Shown here piece after piece: positions 39,784-49,520 of a stretch of DNA of 64,000 nt (positions are counted from its first letter, which is position 1; each line of letters opens with the position of its first letter). Both the position numbers and the translations under genes were made by a program. The DNA is from Chlorobiota bacterium (lineage in GTDB: Bacteria; Bacteroidota; Ignavibacteria; Kapaibacteriales; UBA2268). Location of the stretch: the NCBI GenBank assembly GCA_041596515.1, contig JBFHIJ010000013.1, positions 4,579 to 68,578 of the forward strand, given 5' to 3'. The notes beneath the pieces are model-generated. The model saw only the letters and a program-made list of their open reading frames with translations. It had not been told where the DNA came from and searched no databases.

Positions 39784-39877
39784 ATCAAAAGAGAAAACAA
39801 ACTTAACTGTTTTTCTCTTTAAGTGCAAGAAAAATTTCCTTACACTAGAAAATCTTTTTTTTTTTTGAGAACTAAAG

Positions 39878-39951
39878 CTCCTGAGCACGGACTTGAACCG
39901 CGGACCCTCTGATTAACAGTCAGATGCTCTAACCAGCTGAGCTACTCAGGA
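39878..39951 (-). tRNA. tRNA-Asn(GTT), first copy, no encoded CCA
   Basis: Identical 74-nt body with a TATTTTTG -7 element just upstream. Confidence 0.97.
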
Positions 39952-40020
39952 ATCAAAGCGACACAAAAATAGACTATTTTATAAAATTATGCAAGAATTA
40001 TTTTATATTGCATAAAAAAA

Positions 40021-40779
40021 ATGAGCGGTCTGATGATAGAGCAAACTGAAGCTATAGTGTTGCACACCAGAAAATTTGGAGATACAAGTAAGATAGTTAA
40101 TTTATATACCAAAGACTTCGGTAAAATAACTGTAATAGCAAAAGGAGTCAGAAAGGCAAAATCTAAATATGGTTCTGCTCTTGAGCCGTTAAGCTATATT
40201 GAAATTAAGTTTTATCATAAACCAAATCGTGACTTGCATATTTTAGCAGAAGCTGATATTTTAGTGCCTTATCGCAAAATAAGTAGTTCTTTTAATCATC
40301 TTGGTGTCGGGCTGATAATTTCAGAGTCTATACTAATCACTCAAGAGCTAAATGCGCCACATCCGGAGCTATTTGATTTCTTTAAAGTGATATTAGAGGA
40401 CTTGAACTCACTGCCTGCATCTCCTTATACTTTTTTTGTAAGCTTTGGCATACATTTAGCTATAGAATTAGGGTTCGAGTTCGACCCGCATCTGCTCGAA
40501 GATTTGGATATGTTTAAATTGGGCAAACCACACTGCGATTTCTCTTTAGAAAGTGGTTGCTTGATAGACAGAACAAATTTTTCAACCAATTATATTACAA
40601 TTGCGAAAGAAACGTATATAAAATTGTATTATATTTTTATATTGGAGCATAGCAAAATCTCTGAAATAGAACTTAGCGATAAAGAAGCGAGTGAACTAAT
40701 CGATTTCTTTGCTAAATATTTTGCTTTCCATATGGATAAAAAAGTTTTTTTTAAGTCTAAACAGTTGTTTTTGAAGTAG
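40021..40779 (+). CDS. recO: DNA repair protein RecO
   Basis: EAIVLHTRKFGDTSKIVNLYTKDFGKITVIAKGVRKAKSK OB-fold N-terminus. Confidence 0.93.
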   Translation: MSGLMIEQTEAIVLHTRKFGDTSKIVNLYTKDFGKITVIAKGVRKAKSKYGSALEPLSYIEIKFYHKPNRDLHILAEADILVPYRKISSSFNHLGVGLIISESILITQELNAPHPELFDFFKVILEDLNSLPASPYTFFVSFGIHLAIELGFEFDPHLLEDLDMFKLGKPHCDFSLESGCLIDRTNFSTNYITIAKETYIKLYYIFILEHSKISEIELSDKEASELIDFFAKYFAFHMDKKVFFKSKQLFLK

Positions 40780-40788
40780 AAGAAAAAT

Positions 40789-42093
40789 ATGATATCGGAC
40801 ATAGCCCTGACCCTGTTATTCGTAATTTTAAACGGTTTTTTTGTGGCAGCTGAGTTTGCCTTAGTGAAAGTTAGAGCTTCGCAGATTGAATTAAGAGTTC
40901 GCGAAGGTAATAAAATGGCTAAGATTGCTCAAGTAATGGTTGCCCATCTTGATGGATACCTATCTGCTACTCAGCTTGGTATTACTCTTGCATCGCTGGG
41001 GCTTGGCTGGATAGGCGAGAGCGTAGTTGCCCAGCTTGTTATTAACTCCTTTGATTTTGCAGGCATAGCGCTTGCCCCTGAGACCGCTCACAGCATAGCA
41101 CTTCCACTTTCGTTTGCTCTAATTACATTTCTGCATATTGTTTTTGGAGAGCTTGCTCCTAAATCGCTTGCTATACAGTATTCAGAGCAGGTTGCACTTG
41201 GTATATCTTTACCTTTGCGAGTATTTTATGTTGTATTCAAACCATTTATCTGGTTCCTAAATTACATTGCAAATATGCTTCTTCGTATGATAGGAGTGAA
41301 GCCACCTTCGGAAGGCTCAGAATTGCATTCCCCTGAGGAGTTAAAATATATTATAGCCGAAAGTAGCAGAAGTGGCGTTCTTGATGACTCTGAGCAGAAA
41401 ATGATACAAAATGTGTTTGACTTTGCAGAAACTCAAGTAAAACAGATAATGATACCAAGAAATAAAATCATAGGTATCGAAGTGAACATGACAAAAGAAG
41501 AAACTATAGATGTTATAATTGATGAAGGCTATTCTCGCTTACCGGTATACGAAGGTAATATTGATAATATCATTGGGATGGTCTTTGCTAAAGATATACT
41601 TGCACTGCTTAGAACCTCCGAAGATTTTAATTTAAAAGATGTACTCCGTAAGCCATATTTTGTATCAGAAGACAGTATGATAGATGATTTGCTCCGCTCG
41701 CTGCAGAGACGCAAGATGCACATAGCAATCGTGCTGAACGAGTTTGGTGGCACTGCCGGGCTAGTAACACTAGAAGATATACTGGAAGAGATTGTGGGCG
41801 AAATACAGGACGAATATGACGAAGAAATACCACTGCTCAAAAAGTTATCGGACCAAGAATACTCAATCTCAGCTGAGATGATAATAGATGACGCAAATGA
41901 CTACCTGCCTATAGATTTGCCGGAAAGTGAAGACTACGAAACTCTTGGTGGGCTAATCACTTCCGAAACCGGCAGAATACCGGAAGTTGGCGAAATTATC
42001 GAATTTGACGAATTCTTCGCTCGAATTGTAGACAGAACAACTCGCCAAATCCAGTCTGTTGTTATTAAAATCAAAGCGAGAGAAGAAGAATAG
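40789..42093 (+). CDS. HlyC/CorC family CNNM-CBS transporter
   Basis: NGFFVAAEFALV, GELAPKSLA, CBS pair, TLEDILEEIVGEIQDEYD and CorC_HlyC C-terminus. Confidence 0.93.
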   Translation: MISDIALTLLFVILNGFFVAAEFALVKVRASQIELRVREGNKMAKIAQVMVAHLDGYLSATQLGITLASLGLGWIGESVVAQLVINSFDFAGIALAPETAHSIALPLSFALITFLHIVFGELAPKSLAIQYSEQVALGISLPLRVFYVVFKPFIWFLNYIANMLLRMIGVKPPSEGSELHSPEELKYIIAESSRSGVLDDSEQKMIQNVFDFAETQVKQIMIPRNKIIGIEVNMTKEETIDVIIDEGYSRLPVYEGNIDNIIGMVFAKDILALLRTSEDFNLKDVLRKPYFVSEDSMIDDLLRSLQRRKMHIAIVLNEFGGTAGLVTLEDILEEIVGEIQDEYDEEIPLLKKLSDQEYSISAEMIIDDANDYLPIDLPESEDYETLGGLITSETGRIPEVGEIIEFDEFFARIVDRTTRQIQSVVIKIKAREEE

Positions 42094-42187
42094 TAGGGAT
42101 TACTCTTCTTCTTTTATGGACTTGTTAAAGAAAAGGATAAGATAAATAATAGAAATTTTAAAGTAAAGCTTAGTATATAAAACCACT

Positions 42188-43054
42188 TCAAATTTTAGCA
42201 AACCATTCTTTTTTAATTTTTACTCTTTCAATAAGTTCAGTTTCTGTACCAAGACTAAATTCTTTAAGTTTTTCACAAAGTAATTCTCCATCTATTAAAT
42301 CAATCGGTGGTGCGCCATCCCTTGTAGCTTCTTTTATAGCTTCACGTGTAAAAGTACCTGTTGTAATAAACAATCCTTTATCGGCTCTGCCTTGCATAGC
42401 TCCTCTAAAATCTCTTATCTGACTAGGACTAACAGAACCTTTATACCTTTTACATTGAAAAATAATGTGAAAACTCAGAAATCCACTAATTTTTACAATC
42501 CCTTTACCATCTATGCCACCATCCCCTATTTTACCTGTAACTTCAACTTGTGTAAATCCACTTTCTCTTAATAGTCTTTGAGCAAGTCTTTCAAAAGCAT
42601 CTGGAGTTATATTCAAAATTGTATTCAATAATTCTTCTTTCCAACTAGAATCATCACTATCTAAATGTTCATTTAGTTGTGGTTGTCTTATTTGCTTTGG
42701 CAATTTGTTCTGAACTCTTCCTTGCTCTCTGACAGTTTGAACAATCTCATCACTATTCAATATACTGATATCTATATCAGAATTTGACAAAGACCAAACT
42801 CCCCTTGTAGAATTATCTAACAAGCCATATTTTTTAAGATATGTCCTAGACCATGCTAGTCTATAATCAATTTCACTTTGCAAACCATTTTCATCATGAG
42901 TCACTTGTAATACATCTTCATCAATATTAGCGGTGCGATAAACTTCTTCATTAATTTCTTCAATTTTACCAGAGCCTCCCAGTTTTATGATTGCTTTCAA
43001 AGTTGGAATCAGAAGTTGGTGATAAGCTGGAATTTTTGTCTTGTTTTTAGCCAT
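42188..43054 (-). CDS. mrr: Mrr-family type IV restriction endonuclease
   Basis: Mrr_N winged helix (RLAWSRTYLKKYGLL..RGVW) and Mrr_cat (FERL, DGGIDG, QCKRY, FITTGTFT, LIDGE). Confidence 0.92.
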   Translation of the reverse strand: MAKNKTKIPAYHQLLIPTLKAIIKLGGSGKIEEINEEVYRTANIDEDVLQVTHDENGLQSEIDYRLAWSRTYLKKYGLLDNSTRGVWSLSNSDIDISILNSDEIVQTVREQGRVQNKLPKQIRQPQLNEHLDSDDSSWKEELLNTILNITPDAFERLAQRLLRESGFTQVEVTGKIGDGGIDGKGIVKISGFLSFHIIFQCKRYKGSVSPSQIRDFRGAMQGRADKGLFITTGTFTREAIKEATRDGAPPIDLIDGELLCEKLKEFSLGTETELIERVKIKKEWFAKI

Positions 43055-43227
43055 AGTAATACTTTGATTTCATAAACATCCGCAATATTACAACAAATAA
43101 GATCAACTAGCAAAACAAATCATTAATAGATTTATAATATTAAGAACTTGTTTTTACTCTGTTTTTTTCTGACAATATAAATTTTCTTCTTATCTTTGCT
43201 GTTTCGTTAACATAACCGGAGCATATA

Positions 43228-43896
43228 GTGAAGTTTTCTTTTGCAAATTCTGACTTTAGACTTTCCTTTTCCGAAGATAAATTATTGTGGTTGCTGGTTC
43301 CTGTGTTTTTGGGACTTTGGATTTTCACATTTGTGGGTACAACTGATATTGCAAACTGGATAATAGAGAATGCTCTTACTTTTCTATCACTGGTAGCTCT
43401 TTTCATAAGTTATAAAAACCGAAGACTAAGTGATATGTCCTATCTACTTATATTTCTTTTTATGTGCCTACATGTTTATGGTTCGAAATATACTTATGCA
43501 GAAAATCCCCTTGGCTTCTGGCTTCAGGAACTATTTAATACCCAAAGAAATCATTACGACCGCATCGTCCATTTCAGTTTTGGTTTCCTTTTGGCATATC
43601 CTATGAGGGAGATGTTTATGAACTGGGGTAAGCTTTCTAAAAAGATGAGCATGATAATGCCGGTGGAAGTGACATTATCTATCAGCGGTTTGTATGAGCT
43701 GATTGAATGGGCGGTTGCTGATATATTCTTTAAAGCACAGGGCGCTGCATACCTCGGCACTCAAGGCGACATCTGGGATGCACAGAAAGATATGTTCCTG
43801 GCAACCTGTGGAGCTTTGCTTGCGATATTATTGATTGCTATGATGAAGAAGTTATTTAGTAAAAAGCAGGTAGAAGAATATTTTCCTACTAAATAG
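43228..43896 (+). CDS. DUF2238 (YjdF-like) membrane protein
   Basis: RNHYDRIVHFSFG, YELIEW and LGTQGDIWDAQKDM motifs. TATCTTTG -7 element upstream. Confidence 0.9.
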   Translation: MKFSFANSDFRLSFSEDKLLWLLVPVFLGLWIFTFVGTTDIANWIIENALTFLSLVALFISYKNRRLSDMSYLLIFLFMCLHVYGSKYTYAENPLGFWLQELFNTQRNHYDRIVHFSFGFLLAYPMREMFMNWGKLSKKMSMIMPVEVTLSISGLYELIEWAVADIFFKAQGAAYLGTQGDIWDAQKDMFLATCGALLAILLIAMMKKLFSKKQVEEYFPTK

Positions 43897-44030
43897 ATTA
43901 GTGGAGGTAGAAGTAAAGTTTTTATATGCAAATATTACTTTCTACAAAAACAGGCGGATACATTTATTATATCTCTAAAGTTTAGAAAGCTACTAAATCT
44001 TCAGAGATATAGACGTATGTAAATACATTA

Positions 44031-44816
44031 TTATAAACCAAATATCTCAGGTTCTTTTCTTATATCAGCAAAATTGCTTTCCAAATAATTTGTAATGTTT
44101 ATGATTATTTCATCTGTAAACGATTTTGCATTTTCAGGGCACTTCTTTATACAGTTACAACAACGGATGCATTTTTCCGGGGCAATTATCTTATAATTAT
44201 TAAAGTCGATAGCCTCCATCGGGCATAACTCTGCACAGATTCCACAGTTGTTACAATCATCAGTAGTTTGGGGTACTATAATAGGTGATGGCTTTCTTTC
44301 TTTATAAGGATAGTTTCCTTTTACTTCTAATATTACATCGTTTAAATTCGTGATATTATCCATTTTAGTTTTGATACTTTGACCAAAAGCGAAAGCTATA
44401 TTTAGATCTGCTTTATCTGGTCTGTTAGCAGCAACTTTATCTGTGTAAGAATGCTCACCAATGAAGGCAGCTGCCGCAATACTTTTAAAACCTCTTTTCT
44501 CAAAGTAGTCTTTGAGTTCCAAGAGTGCGTCGTCATAGTCTCTGTTTCCATAGACTGCTATAAATGCTGCAGGCGTCTCGTGGCCTTTGATATTATTAAA
44601 TAAGTCTTCTAAAAATTCAGGAATCCTTCCGGAATATACAGGTATACCAACCACCACAAAATCAGAAGCGCTAAAGTTAAGTTGCTTATATTCTAATCTG
44701 CTTTTATGAAGCGTAAAGTCGAATGTTTCAGTTTCGTTTCCAAGACCGGCAGCAATTTTATTGACAATTTGGGAAGTAGTGCCGGTAGGACTAAAATAGA
44801 TAAGTTTAGTATTCAT
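44031..44816 (-). CDS. EFR1-type flavodoxin/2x[4Fe-4S] ferredoxin fusion
   Basis: YFSPTGTT, VYGNRDYDDALLEL, CNNCGICAELCP and CIRCCNCIKKCP motifs. Confidence 0.9.
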   Translation of the reverse strand: MNTKLIYFSPTGTTSQIVNKIAAGLGNETETFDFTLHKSRLEYKQLNFSASDFVVVGIPVYSGRIPEFLEDLFNNIKGHETPAAFIAVYGNRDYDDALLELKDYFEKRGFKSIAAAAFIGEHSYTDKVAANRPDKADLNIAFAFGQSIKTKMDNITNLNDVILEVKGNYPYKERKPSPIIVPQTTDDCNNCGICAELCPMEAIDFNNYKIIAPEKCIRCCNCIKKCPENAKSFTDEIIINITNYLESNFADIRKEPEIFGL

Positions 44817-44989
44817 ATTTCATCATGATTGTATTTAGAAATCTCAACATAATATCACTTTGACTGCTCTAAATCAAATAATTTATATATTCAATGCATT
44901 CATAAATAAATTAAGAACCGTTTTCTACTATGCAGTATATGGTCTTAATACATAAAATATAGTATATTGCAATATATAAGTGTACAGAT

Positions 44990-45015
44990 GGAAACTTTAT
45001 TACTCTTCATTCGTT
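44990..45015 (+). promoter_or_regulatory. ECF sigma-type promoter GGAAAC-N16-CGTT
   Basis: 35 nt upstream of the LiaF-like gene start at 45051. Confidence 0.5.
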
Positions 45016-45050
45016 TCTGTATTCGTACAAAAAACAAAGGAATTAAAAAA

Positions 45051-45728
45051 ATGAATGTTCGCTATATCTTTGCTGCTATGCTAATCTTCTTTGGTTCTAT
45101 CTTACTATTAGATAGGTTTGGCGTTTTTGGCATATTTGACTATGTGTTCGACTGGTGGCCAACCGGACTTATTGCAGTGGGGGCATATATGCTGTGGAAG
45201 GATAGCAAATCATGGATTACCGGTGCTATAATTGTTACTATTGGTGCTATATTGCAAGCTGATTATTTAAATTTATTACCGGTTAGCTTGTGGGAAGCAT
45301 TATGGCCGGTTATTCTAATCCTCTCCGGTATATACTTGATAAAAGGTAAGAAAAAATATGAAGATAAGAAAGTTATACTTGACTCTGATGATGAAAAGAT
45401 TGAAGAAATTGCTATATTTAGCGGAATAAATAAGAAGGTAAACAACCCCAACTTGTCAGGCGGAGAGCTAACAAGCATTTTTGGCGGTATAGAATTAGAT
45501 TTAATTAATTCGGACTTTAATCGGAAAGAGTTGGTTTTTGATGTAAATTGCATATTCGGCGGAGTCAAACTTTACGTTCCTCCTAATTGGAAAGTAATTT
45601 CTAAAGGGATGCCTATTTTCGGAGGTTTGAAAAATCATGTTAGATTTTCAGATGATTCCATTGCTGATAAACCAATCATATATATTCATTACGTCGCAAT
45701 ATTTGGCGGCATTGAAATTGTTAACTAA
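45051..45728 (+). CDS. LiaF/DUF2154-like cell-envelope stress membrane protein; start re-called to 45051
   Basis: Four TM segments with WWP/LWP motifs followed by repeated IFGG beta motifs. AAGGA SD. Confidence 0.85.
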   Translation: MNVRYIFAAMLIFFGSILLLDRFGVFGIFDYVFDWWPTGLIAVGAYMLWKDSKSWITGAIIVTIGAILQADYLNLLPVSLWEALWPVILILSGIYLIKGKKKYEDKKVILDSDDEKIEEIAIFSGINKKVNNPNLSGGELTSIFGGIELDLINSDFNRKELVFDVNCIFGGVKLYVPPNWKVISKGMPIFGGLKNHVRFSDDSIADKPIIYIHYVAIFGGIEIVN

Positions 45729-45742
45729 GTAAAAAAAGAATC

Positions 45743-46750
45743 ATGAGTAACGTACAAGAAACAAAGCCAATCATTTTAAGCGGGATACAGCCTTCGGGTA
45801 TTTTGACAATAGGTCACTTGACTGGTGCATTAAAAAATTGGAAAGCGATGCAAGAGGAGCACGAATGCTATTTTATGATAGCTGACATGCACTCAATCAC
45901 TGTTCGCCAAACTCCCGCTGACTTAAGAAAAAGAACTTTAGACACAGCTGCAATGTTTTTAGCTGCAGGCATAGAACCTGAAAAAAGCTCACTTTTTATC
46001 CAAAGTCATGTCCCTCAGCACGCTCAGCTTGCATGGGTGCTTAATACATTTACAGGCATGGGCGAATGTTCTCGTATGACTCAGTTTAAAGATAAATCGT
46101 CCAAACATGCTGAAAATGTAAATGTCGGTTTATTTTCGTATCCTGTGCTGATGGCTGCTGATATTTTACTTTATCAAGCTAATAAAGTGCCCGTTGGCGA
46201 AGACCAAAAGCAGCACTTAGAGCTATCAAGAAATCTGGCTCAGAGGTTTAACCATAACTACTCTGATACGTTTGCAATGCCGGAGCCTTATATCCCTAAA
46301 GTGGGAGCAAGGATTATGAGCTTGCAAGAACCAACCAGCAAAATGTCAAAATCAGATGAAAACGAAAACTCTATACTATATTTGTCTGATCCATACGATG
46401 TAGTTGTAAAGAAAATAAAAAGAGCAGTAACTGACTCTGACAGCCAAGTTAAATTTGATGAAGCAAAGCCTGGTGTAAGCAATTTGATGACACTTTACCA
46501 CGTCGCTACAGGAAATACATTCGAAGAAATAGAAAAAGAGTTTGAAGGCAATGGATATGGTGATTTTAAAGATGCAGTTGGAGAAGCTGTTGCTGAATAT
46601 CTTAAGCCTTTGAGAGAAAAATACGAAGCAATCAGAAGCGATAAAAAATATTTAGAAAGTATACTAACTGAAGGCGCTGACAAAGCACGTCGCCAAGCTA
46701 ACAAAACTCTAAGAAAAGTATATAAAAAAATTGGTTTTGTAAGTTTTTAA
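45743..46750 (+). CDS. trpS: Tryptophan--tRNA ligase
   Basis: SGIQPSG, TIGH, YPVLMAADIL, VPVGEDQKQH and KMSKS motifs. Confidence 0.97.
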   Translation: MSNVQETKPIILSGIQPSGILTIGHLTGALKNWKAMQEEHECYFMIADMHSITVRQTPADLRKRTLDTAAMFLAAGIEPEKSSLFIQSHVPQHAQLAWVLNTFTGMGECSRMTQFKDKSSKHAENVNVGLFSYPVLMAADILLYQANKVPVGEDQKQHLELSRNLAQRFNHNYSDTFAMPEPYIPKVGARIMSLQEPTSKMSKSDENENSILYLSDPYDVVVKKIKRAVTDSDSQVKFDEAKPGVSNLMTLYHVATGNTFEEIEKEFEGNGYGDFKDAVGEAVAEYLKPLREKYEAIRSDKKYLESILTEGADKARRQANKTLRKVYKKIGFVSF

Positions 46751-46786
46751 TATTTTATGTTAAACTTTAAGGTGAGGCTAAGAGAA

Positions 46787-47053
46787 ATGCCTACTTACGT
46801 TTATAAATGTAGGAAATGTCAAAATGAATTCGAATACAGACAAAGCATCAATGACGAAGCTTTGACTGAATGCATTTTGACAGACGAACAGGGTGTAAAA
46901 TGTGATGGAGAGGTTTTTCGCAAAATTTCCTCTAATGTTGGATTGGTTTTTAACGGCAAAGGTTTTTATCAAACAGATTACACAAGCAAGAGTTCAACAT
47001 CTACTGCCAGTGCATCATCTGCCTGCTCTACTTGCCCAGCTACCAATAGCTAA
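46787..47053 (+). CDS. FmdB family zinc-ribbon protein; start re-called to 46787
   Basis: MPTYVYKCRKC..FNGKGFYQTDY and a Ser/Ala tail ending CSTCP. Confidence 0.88.
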   Translation: MPTYVYKCRKCQNEFEYRQSINDEALTECILTDEQGVKCDGEVFRKISSNVGLVFNGKGFYQTDYTSKSSTSTASASSACSTCPATNS

Positions 47054-47160
47054 GCTATAATATTTCTAATATGGCTTTTGCTACGGTGTAGTTGGTAATG
47101 AAGTGATAAAATCAGATAGATTGTCTTTTTTGCAACAACAATACCGGAATATATTTTCAC

Positions 47161-47198
47161 AAGAGACCGATACGGAGAAATCTTATCGGCCTCTTTTT
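47161..47198 (+). terminator. Intrinsic terminator after fmdB
   Basis: AAGAGACCGATA/TATCGGCCTCTT stem followed by a U-tract. Confidence 0.65.
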
Positions 47199-47220
47199 CG
47201 TTACTATAATTATTTGAGGA

Positions 47221-49455
47221 ATGCTTACCATGGCTAATGCTAATATAGATAAAGAATCAAAAATTTTCAAAGGACTAAACGATGCGCAAGCAGAAGCAGT
47301 TGCACACATAAATGGTCCTCTGTTAGTAGTAGCCGGTGCGGGAAGTGGTAAGACTCGGGTGCTAACTCACAGGATAGCCTACCTCCTTGAAAATAATGTA
47401 AAGCCATGGAATATTTTGTCTCTCACATTTACGAATAAAGCCGCTACTGAAATGGTGGAGCGTATATCCGGCATAGCCTCTGCTGAAGATGCTTCAAAAA
47501 TATGGGCAGGCACATTTCATAGTATATTTGCACGATTGCTAAGATATGAAGCTAAGGAACTTGGTTATACATCATCCTTTTCGATTTATGATTCGGACGA
47601 TAGTCTTTCGCTAATAAAAAAGATTATGAAAAGGCTTGGTGTAGATATTAAACAGACTAATCCAAATATGGTTAGGTCTGTTATTTCATCCTGCAAGAAT
47701 AATATGCAATCCGCTGCATCTTACTCAAATGAGGTGGCATCTGGTAAAGAAAAGATGATAGCAATGATATACGATAATTATGAAAGAGATATAAGAGCAA
47801 ATAACGCAATGGATTTTGATGATTTGCTATTGAATATGATTCGGTTGCTTGACAAATCTACTGCACATCTCACCAAATATCAGGAAAAGTTCAAATATAT
47901 ACTAGTAGATGAGTATCAGGATACAAACCGTGCTCAGTATGTAGTCATCAATAAACTTGCTAATAAATATAGAAATATTTGTGTAGTAGGCGATGATGCA
48001 CAATCTATATACAGATGGCGTGGTGCTGATATTAGGAATATCCTTGACTTCCAGAAAGATTACCATGACGGCAAGGTGGTACGACTTGAGCAAAACTACC
48101 GTTCTACTAAAACTATAATTGAAGCAGCTGATTCTGTTATAGCCCACAATAAAAACCAAATTCCCAAAAAACTATGGACTGAAAACGTAGATGGCGAAAA
48201 AATACAAGTTCTATCTACTCTTGACGACAGGAAAGAAGCTGAGATAATTGCTTCTATCATAGGCACAAATCTGAAGCATGGTTTTACTATGAAAGATTTT
48301 GCCGTGCTTTATAGAACTAATGCCCAGTCTATGCAGTTAGAGAATCAATTTAGACGTAATGGTTTAAAATATGATATTATCGGTGGGCTGTCATTCTATA
48401 AAAGAAAGGAGATAAAAGATGCTCTCTCGTATATCAAAATTTTGATAAATCCGAAAGATTCAGAGTCTTTTATGCGAGTAGTCAACGAACCACCGAGAGG
48501 TATAGGTACTACTACTCTGGAAAATATTAGGCAGTTTGGATTGGATAGAGGAATGGACTTTTATGATTCCTTTATGGCAGCAGAACTTAATCCTTTGCTA
48601 AAAAGCCGTGCTATTAAGGCAGTGAAGGAGTTTTCTGCTCTGATCCAAAGGTACGAAGCAATGAAAGAAAAAGTGAAGCCTGCTGAGCTTGTAATAAAGT
48701 ATATAGAAGCAACAGGTCTTCTGAAAATGTATGAAGAAATAGGAACTGAGGATTCAAAAGATCGCTGGAATAACGTACAACAGCTAATTTCTGATATTTC
48801 CTCATTTTTCAGAGCCAATCCCGAGAGTTCTTTAGAAGAATATATGCAGCAAGTTGCTTTAATAACTGATCTTGATACAAGTGATTTTGGCAAAGAAAAA
48901 ATAACTCTGATGACTGTTCATGCTGCAAAAGGCTTAGAGTTTCCTGTTGTATTTGTAGCCGGATTAGAAAAAGGTTTATTCCCATTAGGTAAATCTGAAG
49001 AAAATCGAGAAGATTTAGAAGAAGAGCGTCGTCTGTTTTATGTAGCTATTACTCGCGCAGAGCAAAAATTATTTCTTTCTTACGCAAATAAAAGAATGAG
49101 ATTTGGTGAGACTTCTTATCAAATACCTTCCTCATTTTTAGAAGAGATAAATATTGAACTTTTAGACTGGCAGAAAAAAGAAAAGCCTACCGGCAGGTTT
49201 ATACCACCGTCAAAACCTAAAAAAGAAAAATTCTTCAATGATATTCCTGAAAATGAAAGTTACTCGCAAGTTCCAAGACCAGCTGCAAAAGATGTCAAGT
49301 TGAATATAGGCGACAGAGTAATGCACCCTGTCTTTGGCGAAGGACAAATATCGGGGATGTCAGGCTTAGGAACTCAAAGAAAAGTAATTGTTAACTTCAA
49401 AAATGTGGGTAAAAAGACCTTAATGATGAAGTTTGCAAAATTAACTAAATCATAG
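47221..49455 (+). CDS. pcrA: UvrD/PcrA ATP-dependent DNA helicase
   Basis: AGAGSGKT, VDEYQDTN, VVGDDAQSIY, EEERRLFYVAITRA and C-terminal HPVFGEG Tudor domain. Confidence 0.94.
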   Translation: MLTMANANIDKESKIFKGLNDAQAEAVAHINGPLLVVAGAGSGKTRVLTHRIAYLLENNVKPWNILSLTFTNKAATEMVERISGIASAEDASKIWAGTFHSIFARLLRYEAKELGYTSSFSIYDSDDSLSLIKKIMKRLGVDIKQTNPNMVRSVISSCKNNMQSAASYSNEVASGKEKMIAMIYDNYERDIRANNAMDFDDLLLNMIRLLDKSTAHLTKYQEKFKYILVDEYQDTNRAQYVVINKLANKYRNICVVGDDAQSIYRWRGADIRNILDFQKDYHDGKVVRLEQNYRSTKTIIEAADSVIAHNKNQIPKKLWTENVDGEKIQVLSTLDDRKEAEIIASIIGTNLKHGFTMKDFAVLYRTNAQSMQLENQFRRNGLKYDIIGGLSFYKRKEIKDALSYIKILINPKDSESFMRVVNEPPRGIGTTTLENIRQFGLDRGMDFYDSFMAAELNPLLKSRAIKAVKEFSALIQRYEAMKEKVKPAELVIKYIEATGLLKMYEEIGTEDSKDRWNNVQQLISDISSFFRANPESSLEEYMQQVALITDLDTSDFGKEKITLMTVHAAKGLEFPVVFVAGLEKGLFPLGKSEENREDLEEERRLFYVAITRAEQKLFLSYANKRMRFGETSYQIPSSFLEEINIELLDWQKKEKPTGRFIPPSKPKKEKFFNDIPENESYSQVPRPAAKDVKLNIGDRVMHPVFGEGQISGMSGLGTQRKVIVNFKNVGKKTLMMKFAKLTKS

Positions 49456-49520
49456 AATCTACAACAAATAGATATAGATGTTGACTAAAGAATTGTATGT
49501 AAATGGCTTTTATACCTAAA

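Noticed and set aside
39855-39866. 12-nt homopolymer as a phase-variation switch
   Set aside because: It lies in a tRNA spacer, not in a CDS or between promoter elements.
39595-39951. Three identical repeats with unique spacers resembling a CRISPR array
   Set aside because: The repeats are 74-nt cloverleaf tRNA-Asn genes, the spacers are unequal, and no cas genes are present.
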